The notes below the pieces were generated by a model. The model was not told where the DNA came from. It ran no database searches and worked only from the letters and a program-made list of their open reading frames with translations. Positions 49,893-58,385 of a stretch of 64,000 nt of DNA are shown in pieces; positions within the stretch are counted from its first letter, which is position 1, and the number at the start of each line of letters is the position of its first letter. The stretch is from IMG/VR virus record IMGVR_UViG_3300042505_000752, positions 64,967 through 128,966 of that record. One strand, 5' to 3'. The position numbers and the translations under genes are program-made. The DNA comes from a virus.

Positions 49893-50093
49893 TCACACCC
49901 CTTCGTATTCACGGGCATGAATTGTGTAGCGACCACGGAGGTCTTGGGCGAACTCAACGAGCCAGTGCCCACAGTCATCAAAGGGATACTCACGAGTGAC
50001 CTCAAAAGCGCCACAAGCCTTCCCATTGGTTACGACAGCAGTGACGGTCACTGTGTCGGTTTCTAGATCAACGGAGTATGTCAAGTTATTCAT
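49893..50093 (-). CDS. hypothetical cassette gene
   Basis: Cassette leader. Confidence 0.65.
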   Translation of the reverse strand: MNNLTYSVDLETDTVTVTAVVTNGKACGAFEVTREYPFDDCGHWLVEFAQDLRGRYTIHAREYEGV

Positions 50094-50432
50094 ATGTCTC
50101 CTTTAGTAGTGGTTTTTCCTTACCTAGTAAGTATACACCTAGGGTGTAGCACTTACACCCTTATTTGTGTTACAGAATGGTTACAGATTTATGACGGAAA
50201 TGTAATGGAGAGCCAAAATGCCGATATGGGCAATGTGTCACCATTACACCCTAGAACGCTCTCTAAGCGCCTGACCCCCCTCTCCGCCCCTAGCACCTAT
50301 TCTTGAGCCTGAAACGGCTCAGAGACGATTTCCACAGATTTATACACAGCCTCTGAGCAGGGGAAATGTGGCAAAACCCCAGCGTGAGGGCACTTTTTAC
50401 ATAACCCCTGCTAGTTGGCTTACACACGGTGG

Positions 50433-50771
50433 TTATCCACAGAAGTGACCACTTACCACCAGATTTCACCAGTAGTTATCCACAGGGGTGTGTATAAAGT
50501 TGGGGATAAGGTTATCCACAGGATATCCACAGGGTGTGGATAAAGTAGTTGTACAGTACAAGTAAGTTATCCACAGGGTTGTGGATAAAGTTATCCACAG
50601 GGTGTGGATAAAGGTGTGGATAAAGTTTTCCACAGGGTGTGGATAAACCTGTGGAAAAGATAGTTGTAGTCTACAAGTAAGTTTTCCACAGGTTGTGGAT
50701 AAAGTTGTGGATAAAGTAGTTGTAGTATACAAGTAAGTTATCAACAGGGCTGTGGATAAAGTTGTGGATAA
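50433..50771. promoter_or_regulatory. DnaA-box array (oriC-like or titration locus)
   Basis: 14 exact TTATCCACA (both orientations) plus 7 single-base variants in about 340 bp. Confidence 0.88.
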
Positions 50772-51004
50772 CTTTTCGCTCTGTAAAAAATTCTCTTCCG
50801 CCACCGTCAAAGTTTTAGAAACGAGGGGGCGGGGCTAGTCCCCTACTAATAAGAAGTGAAAAATCTGAACTTATAAAAAAAGCATTAGCCCCGTTTGTTT
50901 TTTCAAGAAGCATTAGCCCCGTTTGACTTTTGAGTTTTCCACAGGTTTTTCCACAGGCTGTGGATAAAGGGGGTAGGGTTTAACCCCCACCCCCACTTGG
51001 TCAC

Positions 51005-51235
51005 TCAGTAGAAATCGGCAGGGGCACAGAAGTGGTCGGCAACACTGCCCTGAATGACATACTCATGAAGTAGTTCGGCGTACTCATCAGACTCTAGGTA
51101 CTCCGCACGAGTCATGCCCGTCTCAACATGAACCCAATTCTCATCAAACATTTCCTCAAACATTGTGGTATCGGGGTAGCGACTCGTGATGTACTCAAGG
51201 TCTGACTCGTAGTAGTTCATATTATATCGTGCCAT
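51005..51235 (-). CDS. acidic Tyr-rich cassette gene
   Basis: Cassette leader. Confidence 0.7.
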   Translation of the reverse strand: MARYNMNYYESDLEYITSRYPDTTMFEEMFDENWVHVETGMTRAEYLESDEYAELLHEYVIQGSVADHFCAPADFY

Positions 51236-51415
51236 TATTTTACTCCCTCTAGTAGTTCCTTACAAATACAAGTATAGCACGCTTGTGTAACTATTACAAC
51301 ATTTATCAACAAATATCTTTGTGACAAAAGACACGCCATACAATGGTGTAAACTCTACACCCCCGTGCTATACTTATGGAGTACGGAAAACCTACTACTA
51401 CAAAAGGGAGACAGT

Positions 51416-51694
51416 ATGAAGTTCATGACCGAAACGCTAGTGACAGACACGCTCTGCTACGAAGTAATTGCCGAGACAGCCAAGACGCTGACAATCAGGT
51501 CAATGGCACGAGGCGAGCAGGTGTACACCGATGGCGCACCATTGCCAGTAATCGGACTCCGAGCAATCTCTGACCCGCACGGGGACACCAAAGTGGTGAG
51601 ACTCCGCAAGGACGGAACTTACCGCAAGGCTCAGGGGTACAACCCCCTACGGTTCACCGAGACCCCAATCTTCTACACGGACTACAAGTTCTGA
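51416..51694 (+). CDS. hypothetical cassette gene
   Basis: Cassette leader; GAAA-loop hairpin at about 51700-51728. Confidence 0.7.
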   Translation: MKFMTETLVTDTLCYEVIAETAKTLTIRSMARGEQVYTDGAPLPVIGLRAISDPHGDTKVVRLRKDGTYRKAQGYNPLRFTETPIFYTDYKF

Positions 51695-51873
51695 AAGATG
51701 GGCGGGGGGCGAAAGCCCCCACTTGCCCACAGGGTTTTCCACAGGGGTGTGGATAACTTTGCGCGAAAAATCCGTGCGGGGCTAAGGGCTTGCCGACGCT
51801 CCCGCTAGCCCCGTTGCCTCAAAATCTGGCGGACTCGCGATATGGACAGAACCCCGCAGGGCTTAGCGCCCCC

Positions 51874-52170
51874 TCAATCGGGGACGCTTGCCCATGCTTC
51901 AACTTCGGTACTGAACTCGCCAAACTCGGAGACAGTACGAACTTCGGTCAGGCTTATGGCTTGACGAACAGTAAAGCGACGCTCACCGTCCCAAGCGAAG
52001 CCGTTAGGGTCTTGCTCGGAAGTGACGAAGTAGCCCGTCTCGCCTACCATGTAGATATCCCCGTGAACTTGTGACGAGAACCATCGCATAGTGCTGTCCG
52101 AGAAAAAGTGGTAGCCAGCGTCTTTACTAGCCTCCACGAACTCGCTTAGTGTCATGGTTGAAATACTCAT
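51874..52170 (-). CDS. conserved small phage protein (G.HFF...TMRWF.S family)
   Basis: Motif; hairpin-type leader. Confidence 0.7.
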   Translation of the reverse strand: MSISTMTLSEFVEASKDAGYHFFSDSTMRWFSSQVHGDIYMVGETGYFVTSEQDPNGFAWDGERRFTVRQAISLTEVRTVSEFGEFSTEVEAWASVPD

Positions 52171-52247
52171 AGTTATCTCCTTAGTAGTTGATGGATAAAT
52201 TATACCGAGGGGGTGTGGCTTAGTTCCCCAAGCCACACCGAAGCCCC

Positions 52248-52415
52248 TCAGAACCGAGGTAGTTGGCTCAGGACATAATCCTCGGCACGGGTGATGTACT
52301 TAGCCGTAACAGCGCCTCGTGCTTTTCTATAAGCGAGGTCATAGATACGGTCAGCAACTTCAAAGCCATGCTTACGGATAAGAGCCTCGTAAAGTTCATT
52401 TTCTGAGAATGTCAT
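52248..52415 (-). CDS. small helical protein, paralog family A
   Basis: LYEALIRKHGFEVADRI; cassette leader. Confidence 0.65.
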   Translation of the reverse strand: MTFSENELYEALIRKHGFEVADRIYDLAYRKARGAVTAKYITRAEDYVLSQLPRF

Positions 52416-52510
52416 TATTTTCTCCTTAGTAGTGGTGACAGATATAAGTATACACCCGCCGAGTGTAGAAACTACAACCATACGGTGTGTCTTTTGTCAC
52501 ACTACCTAAC

Positions 52511-52676
52511 CGAACAGGTGTTCGCACGGAGACACCGAACAAGTGTTCCCCGAACAAGTGTTCCCCGAACGGGTGTTCGTACCGAACGAATGTTCTCCGA
52601 ACAAGTGTTCGCATTATAAAAATACGCACCGACGCATAAAAATACACCGAACAGATGTTCTACGAACAGGTGTTCG
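52511..52676. promoter_or_regulatory. array of 8 LexA-type SOS boxes
   Basis: CGAAC-N4-GTTC with GAAC at 52512, 52537, 52552, 52567, 52584, 52599, 52649, 52664. Confidence 0.82.
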
Positions 52677-52763
52677 CTTGACGAATGTAGACACATTGCC
52701 GCCAAATGTAGCCACATTTTTGGGCGTGGAACAGAGGCGGGGCTATGCCGATAGACTGAGCAT

Positions 52764-54671
52764 ATGAATGGGCAACTAATACTAGGAACGGACACGCTTG
52801 TTGCCGTGTTCCCGTACGATAAGGCGCAAGTTGCGCGGATTAGAACGATACGCGGGGCTGTATGGGACAACGCATCTAAAACATGGCGGATACCCCTTAC
52901 TCAATTCTCCAAGGCAACCGAACTTGCGCTGGAACTTGGCTGGTGGATTAGCCCCGAAGTAGCAATGCTGAACATACCCAGTGAACCCGTGGACATGATG
53001 ACGGTGAACAGCAAAACTGTGAGGCTTTCATTCTCGTTTGACCCAGTAAAAGTGCGTGCGGTGAAGCGGATACCAGGCATAACTTGGGACAAAAAGACGG
53101 CATCGTGGGAAGCCCCGCTCTCATCGCTATCGGAATGTGCTGACTGGGCGAAGCAGTTTGACATGGAAGTAAGCGAAGATACGCAGACGCAAATATCAGA
53201 AATAACCGAAACCAGGTCAAAACTGATTGAGCAATCACGGCAAACAGATGCTGACCTTGAAGTGGCGGGACTACCACTGCTTCCGTACCAAAGAGCGGGC
53301 GTGAAGTACGCTGCTGAGGCACGCAGATGCTTCATTGCTGACGACATGGGACTTGGCAAAACACTTCAAGCAATCGCAACGCTGGAGTATGTTATGGATA
53401 GTTACCCCGCAGTTGTTGTCTGCCCACCCACGCTGGTACTGAACTGGAAGAACGAGTACAACAAGTGGCTACCAGGTAGAAATGTCGTCACGGTGAAGAA
53501 CCGAAGCGAATTCCCAGACGGGGCTTATGATGTTGTCGTCGTTGGTTACTCAAACATCAACGCATGGGCGAACAAACTCCAAAAACACCGAAGTTATGTG
53601 TTTGACGAGTCGCATTACTGCAAAAGTGCTGATGCGCAGCGCACCAAGGCTGCCATCAAGATGGCGAAGTCGGCACCGAAAGAAGGAATTGTTCTTTGTT
53701 TGACTGGTACGCCCGTGACCAACCGCCCCGCTGAATACGCCCCGCAGTTGGACATGCTTGGAAAACTCGCAGACTTTGGGGGCAAATGGGGGTTCTACCG
53801 ACGGTATTGCGCAGCGTTCCGAGACAGATTTGGTCAATGGAACATTTCAGGCAACTCAAACTTGGAAGAACTCAACGACAGGCTTCGCGGAAACTGTTAT
53901 ATCCGAAGAACCAAGGACCAGGTACTGGAAGAACTCCCACCCGTGCGCCACAACACGATCCTGATTGAAGGCACTGATGCGGGGCTGAAGGAGTATCGCA
54001 AAGCAGAAAACGACATCGTGAAGTATCTGATGGAGCGCGCTCGTCAAATTGCTGAAGAACTTGGTGAATCACCGAACTCCGCTGCGGTGCGAGCGAAGAT
54101 GAAGGCAGAACGGAACGAACATTTGATCCGCATCGGCGTTCTTCGGAAGTTAGCCGCCAAAGCGAAGATGCCCGCTGTTATTGAGTGGGTTGACGGGCGC
54201 ATTGAAGCGGGGCAAAAGGTAGTTATCGCCGCTCACCACCGTGAAATCGTTGATGAACTCGCACAGAAGTATGGAAACATAAAGATTCAGGGAGGCATGG
54301 ATGTCAATGATGTGGAAGCAAACAAGAAGATGTTTCAAGAGAAAAGTGTCACGGAAAGCCCCGTTATCGTTCTTTCCATCCAAGCAGCGAAAACAGGTCA
54401 CACGCTGACCGCTTCTCAAGATGTCCTCTTCGTGGAACTCCCATGGACACCGAGCGATGTTGATCAAACTTACTCAAGATGCCACCGACTGGGACAAAAG
54501 GGCAGTGTAACAGCAACTTATCTACTTTGTCAAGGAACTGTTGATGAGCAAATCTACGATGTCATTGAACAGAAGCGTGGAGTTGTCAACGCTGCCACCG
54601 AGGGAATTGAAGTCAGCGGGGCAGGTGGAGAATTGTTTGACTACTACCTCCAACTGTCAATGAAATACTGA
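52764..54671 (+). CDS. SNF2-family helicase with two N-terminal HARP-like repeats
   Basis: LLPYQ, ADDMGLGKT, DESH, LTGTP, YIRR, QTYSRCHRLGQ. TAGACT -10 ends 7 nt before the ATG (likely leaderless). Confidence 0.92.
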   Translation: MNGQLILGTDTLVAVFPYDKAQVARIRTIRGAVWDNASKTWRIPLTQFSKATELALELGWWISPEVAMLNIPSEPVDMMTVNSKTVRLSFSFDPVKVRAVKRIPGITWDKKTASWEAPLSSLSECADWAKQFDMEVSEDTQTQISEITETRSKLIEQSRQTDADLEVAGLPLLPYQRAGVKYAAEARRCFIADDMGLGKTLQAIATLEYVMDSYPAVVVCPPTLVLNWKNEYNKWLPGRNVVTVKNRSEFPDGAYDVVVVGYSNINAWANKLQKHRSYVFDESHYCKSADAQRTKAAIKMAKSAPKEGIVLCLTGTPVTNRPAEYAPQLDMLGKLADFGGKWGFYRRYCAAFRDRFGQWNISGNSNLEELNDRLRGNCYIRRTKDQVLEELPPVRHNTILIEGTDAGLKEYRKAENDIVKYLMERARQIAEELGESPNSAAVRAKMKAERNEHLIRIGVLRKLAAKAKMPAVIEWVDGRIEAGQKVVIAAHHREIVDELAQKYGNIKIQGGMDVNDVEANKKMFQEKSVTESPVIVLSIQAAKTGHTLTASQDVLFVELPWTPSDVDQTYSRCHRLGQKGSVTATYLLCQGTVDEQIYDVIEQKRGVVNAATEGIEVSGAGGELFDYYLQLSMKY

Positions 54672-54780
54672 AATCGCCCCATCCGCCGTATCCATTTGAT
54701 AAACTAGAGGGGCACAGAAAAGACTGCTACTTGCTATCGGCGTATGCGCCTGACCTTATCCACCGAACAACGGAGTAACA

Positions 54781-55338
54781 ATGAAAAAATCAACTGTAGC
54801 GAAGCATTATCTAATACCAATTTCTATCATCGCAAGTGCCATCATGTTCATCTCAAGTACATTTGGAAGTAATTCAAGTAACGCAACATCGGTCTCTATA
54901 ACCCCAACAGAAACCTCAACAACTACTAGCGTTTTGGTAACAGCGCCACCCACCTTAGCCCCGTCAACTACGACGACAACGCTTCTTCCTCCGAACTGGA
55001 CTCCACCGACATTGCCGTCTGATGTCCCATGCCAAGAGTGGACACGGACAGCACTTGATGCTGGCTGGCCATGGGAACTCTTGCCTGAACTACTCCGTGA
55101 AGTGTGGTCTGAGTCTCGTTGTCAGAATGTCATTGAGGGTCACCCACAATGGAATGGACATGACCGTGGACCTCTTCAAATCAACCAAGTTTGGCTTGAC
55201 GACATTGAGGCAAAGTATGGGCACTGGGAAGTGGTCAATGATCCACGCTATAACTTTGCGTGGGCATGGGAGATGTATCGCTGGTACGAGGACCATGGCT
55301 ACTGCGGTTTCAAGCCGTGGTCACGCCCGTGTAAGTGA
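54781..55338 (+). CDS. secreted lysozyme-like transglycosylase (SLT-like)
   Basis: Signal-like N-terminus, Thr linker, W.ESRC...DRGPLQIN. Confidence 0.75.
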   Translation: MKKSTVAKHYLIPISIIASAIMFISSTFGSNSSNATSVSITPTETSTTTSVLVTAPPTLAPSTTTTTLLPPNWTPPTLPSDVPCQEWTRTALDAGWPWELLPELLREVWSESRCQNVIEGHPQWNGHDRGPLQINQVWLDDIEAKYGHWEVVNDPRYNFAWAWEMYRWYEDHGYCGFKPWSRPCK

Positions 55339-55345
55339 GGAGAAA

Positions 55346-55858
55346 ATGAACATATTTAACAAATGGATCATCGGAGTCACCCTCTCCTTCGCAGTCATCG
55401 GCGTTTCCTTATGCGGGACTGCGGACAACAAAGCGAGTGCTGAAAAAATAGTTCCAGCAACAGCACCGATTGACCTTTCGGGAGTGAATTGGACTGAACT
55501 CGCTCGTTTGATGTACGGAAGATGCGGGGAATACCATGACCTCGCCATTGCAGTTGGCTGGAGTGAAGCGCAATGGAAGAAGTTGAGTTTCGTCATGTAC
55601 CGCGAGTCCCGCTGTAACACGATGGCGTTCAACAAAACTGATCCAAACGGCGGAAGTCGTGGACTTATCCAAATCAACGGTTTCTGGTGTAAACCAAGCA
55701 AGTACAACAAATCTGGTTGGTTACAGGCGCAGGGGGTACTCAACACTTGCGAGGATCTGTTCATTCCCGAAGTAAACCTTCGTGCGGGGCTAGCGATGTG
55801 GAACTACAGCCAACAGCGAAACAAGTGCGGCTGGCAGCCATGGGCGACTCGTTGCTAA
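55346..55858 (+). CDS. secreted lysozyme-like transglycosylase (SLT-like)
   Basis: Signal-like N-terminus, YRESRC...SRGLIQIN...NLRAG...GWQPW; GAGGAG RBS. Confidence 0.8.
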   Translation: MNIFNKWIIGVTLSFAVIGVSLCGTADNKASAEKIVPATAPIDLSGVNWTELARLMYGRCGEYHDLAIAVGWSEAQWKKLSFVMYRESRCNTMAFNKTDPNGGSRGLIQINGFWCKPSKYNKSGWLQAQGVLNTCEDLFIPEVNLRAGLAMWNYSQQRNKCGWQPWATRC

Positions 55859-55932
55859 AGTTTCACGGAAGAGTTGCTTTTTCGTAGCGAAGTGTGTATA
55901 ATGATTACAACTACTAACGAAGGGGTGCATTT

Positions 55933-56223
55933 ATGAGTAACTTAAAATACTTTTTAGTGGCGAGCGAGGACTACCCCACGCCCGCACTCATTCTAGAGGA
56001 CAACAACAACTGGGGCGAGGTCTATTGCAGTCGCCACGCCGTTGAGGACACACTGAACCAATTAATTGACGGTTGCTGGTTTGTGGAAGTACCACAAGAA
56101 CTGAGCGACTGTATCACTCACGGTTCGTGTCCTTCTTGTCACGACGAGTATGCAGATGACCTTCGGGAATCCTGCGAGCGTGACCAAGTTGCCCGCTACG
56201 AAGCATGGTTGGAGGCAAGATGA
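55933..56223 (+). CDS. Cys-rich acidic cassette gene
   Basis: Cassette leader. Confidence 0.7.
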   Translation: MSNLKYFLVASEDYPTPALILEDNNNWGEVYCSRHAVEDTLNQLIDGCWFVEVPQELSDCITHGSCPSCHDEYADDLRESCERDQVARYEAWLEAR

Positions 56224-56441
56224 CCACCGATTACATAGTTTCGCCTGACTACATGGGGCGACCCGACTGGTGCGGGTGTGGAGAGTTCCACGAGTCCGTT
56301 ATCTGCGCTAACTGCGAGGATATGGAGTGCCCATCACAGCGGGCGCGCGATATTCACTATCATGACCGCATTGGTCAGTATCTCTGCTCGGAATGTTTAT
56401 GCGGATATGCCGAGGGGCTATCAGCACGAGGACGAGAGTGA
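56220..56441 (+). CDS. Cys-rich Zn-finger protein
   Basis: ATGA overlap; multiple CxxC motifs. Confidence 0.6.
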   Translation: MTTDYIVSPDYMGRPDWCGCGEFHESVICANCEDMECPSQRARDIHYHDRIGQYLCSECLCGYAEGLSARGRE

Positions 56442-56619
56442 GAAAGGCGGGCGGTGGGTACGCTCACCGCCCGACCACCCATCGGGGCTATCGGCGTTTC
56501 TGATAAATCTAATGGAACACGAAAGTGCTGGTCAGAGGCTTTTTTGCGATATGACTTGCTTTAGATAAATCCATACGCTAGTATTTCATATAAATCCAAA
56601 CAGATACTAAGGAGAAATC

Positions 56620-57648
56620 ATGGCACATGAACTAGAAATGAAAGCAGACGGAACAGCGAAGTTCGCTTACTCGCTCAAGGGCGGTATCCCGTGGCATCGC
56701 CTCGGAGTCCCGCTTGAAGGTTTACAGACAGTGGACGCAATGCTCAAAGCATCGGAAGCCGACTACGAAGTAAAACTCACCAAAGTGGCGGCAGTTGATG
56801 ATGATGGCAACTTCATTCTTGATGGCAACGGAAAGCCAATCATTATTGAAGATACCCGTGCCACTATCCGAGACAACGGAGATGGAACGCTTGACGCACT
56901 TTCTTCAGTTGGAACTCGCTATGTGGTCAAACAGAACAGGGAAGTAGCAGAACGCGCGCTTGCCGTAGTCGGGGCTTCAGAGGGAGAGGCAGTCGTTGAT
57001 ACCGCTGGCGTTCTTCAGAACGGAAAGCGTTTCTTCATGACCCTTGACTTGGGAGCACTCATCATTGATCCGATGGGCGTGAATGACCGCATTGCTCGCT
57101 ACCTCGTTGTATCCACGGGACATGACGGAGTGTGGCCAGTTCGCTACGCAAATACCGACATTCGTGCTGTTTGCAACAACACTGTTCGCCTTGGACTCAA
57201 GGAAGCAGAACGAGTGTTCGTAGCACGACACACAAAGAACATGGACTCAGCGTTTGACGATGCGAAAGAAGTCTTGCGCATCAGCGTTGACTGGGCGAAG
57301 AACTTCAAGGTCATGGCAGAGGAGATGCTGTCTATCGCAGTCCCGAAAGATTCAGGCAAGGTGGACAAGGTTCTCAACCGAGTCTTCCCCATCAAGAAAG
57401 ACGAGACGGATCGCCAACGCACGAATCGTGAACGCACGAACATGATTATCCGTTCACTTTACGAATCGGACAAGAACGCTGGTGGTTTTGGACATAATGG
57501 CTGGAGCATGTATAACGCCATTGGCGAATACCTTGACCATCACCGAGACGCAGAGTTAGATGAGCGAGCATTTGCTTCACTTGACGACAACTCATGGGTG
57601 ACACGCATCAAGTTGGAAACCCAGCAGGCTGTTCTTTCACTAGTCTGA
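56620..57648 (+). CDS. DUF932-family phage/plasmid protein
   Basis: MAHELE...PWH.LG; Y...QN; GKRFF; RAVCNNT; W..YNA..EY.DH. Confidence 0.88.
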   Translation: MAHELEMKADGTAKFAYSLKGGIPWHRLGVPLEGLQTVDAMLKASEADYEVKLTKVAAVDDDGNFILDGNGKPIIIEDTRATIRDNGDGTLDALSSVGTRYVVKQNREVAERALAVVGASEGEAVVDTAGVLQNGKRFFMTLDLGALIIDPMGVNDRIARYLVVSTGHDGVWPVRYANTDIRAVCNNTVRLGLKEAERVFVARHTKNMDSAFDDAKEVLRISVDWAKNFKVMAEEMLSIAVPKDSGKVDKVLNRVFPIKKDETDRQRTNRERTNMIIRSLYESDKNAGGFGHNGWSMYNAIGEYLDHHRDAELDERAFASLDDNSWVTRIKLETQQAVLSLV

Positions 57649-57717
57649 CAAACATCAAAAATAGAGTCATAATGGGGTGGGACAAAATAGTCCCGCCCCA
57701 TTTTATTTGGAGAAAAA

Positions 57718-58083
57718 ATGAACTACGAAGGCATGGACCCTGACAAACTTCATAAAATAGTTCAATCCGCAATCAACCCACTTGAGGTTTTTCGGAGGGC
57801 TTTCTGCCAGCGAGTAGTTGAATCTGTAAACAACCAGTTCGGTAACGAAGGTTTGTACGACTTACTTCTTGGAATAGACGCAGTGGGAAACTTTGGTTCA
57901 GTAGTTGTTATCAACCGAGATGAAATAGATAACTACATGTTTACTAACTTCGGGACTTTTGACGAGTTTATGTACGACAAAATTGTTATGTCAGAAGAAT
58001 GGGCGGACTTCTTGGGTCATGTCATGGCGGAAGCGGGCGCAACCTTAGGCAAAATCATTGACGACGCAATGGATAACGACTAA
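57718..58083 (+). CDS. hypothetical protein
   Basis: GGAGA RBS. Confidence 0.65.
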   Translation: MNYEGMDPDKLHKIVQSAINPLEVFRRAFCQRVVESVNNQFGNEGLYDLLLGIDAVGNFGSVVVINRDEIDNYMFTNFGTFDEFMYDKIVMSEEWADFLGHVMAEAGATLGKIIDDAMDND

Positions 58084-58313
58084 CTCCAGCCGTTGATGGG
58101 GTGGAACTCAGCGTAAGCGGTGTCATCGGAGAACGCAGTAACTACTAATCCAAGTTCCGTAACGAGAAGGTCTGCGACTTGACCGAAATGGTCCCGCATC
58201 ATATCTAAGTCAACTTCTTCTGTGCCGTCATTTGCTAGATCAACGAGCAGATCACGAATGTAGTTGGAAATGAAAAGTTGAGCGGTGTGAGTTTCTGAAA
58301 TTTCTGAATCCAT
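58080..58313 (-). CDS. acidic hypothetical protein
   Basis: 77-aa ORF. Confidence 0.55.
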   Translation of the reverse strand: MDSEISETHTAQLFISNYIRDLLVDLANDGTEEVDLDMMRDHFGQVADLLVTELGLVVTAFSDDTAYAEFHPINGWS

Positions 58314-58385
58314 GTTGACAATCTAGCACGGTGCTGGTAACCTATTGAGCAACAACCCCATAAGGGGAACACGAGGAGAATACGA

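Noticed and set aside
30911-50807. Identity of the oriented 14-mer with the L5 stoperator
   Set aside because: Only GGTGG is shared; kept as an analogy, not a match.
50466-50810. 114-aa ORF with STTLST/LWIT repeats
   Set aside because: It is the translation of the DnaA-box array; no RBS or cassette leader.
50400-51000. Host chromosomal oriC (chimeric contig)
   Set aside because: Flanked on both sides by phage cassettes, no dnaA/dnaN/rpmH nearby, and the same boxes recur at six other sites.
52511-52676. Possible CRISPR array
   Set aside because: Repeats are 12-14 bp with spacers mostly 3-13 bp, far from CRISPR geometry; no cas genes in the window.
52426-52870. ORFs with EHLF/RTPVR/PEQVF repeats
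   Set aside because: They are translations of the SOS-box array.
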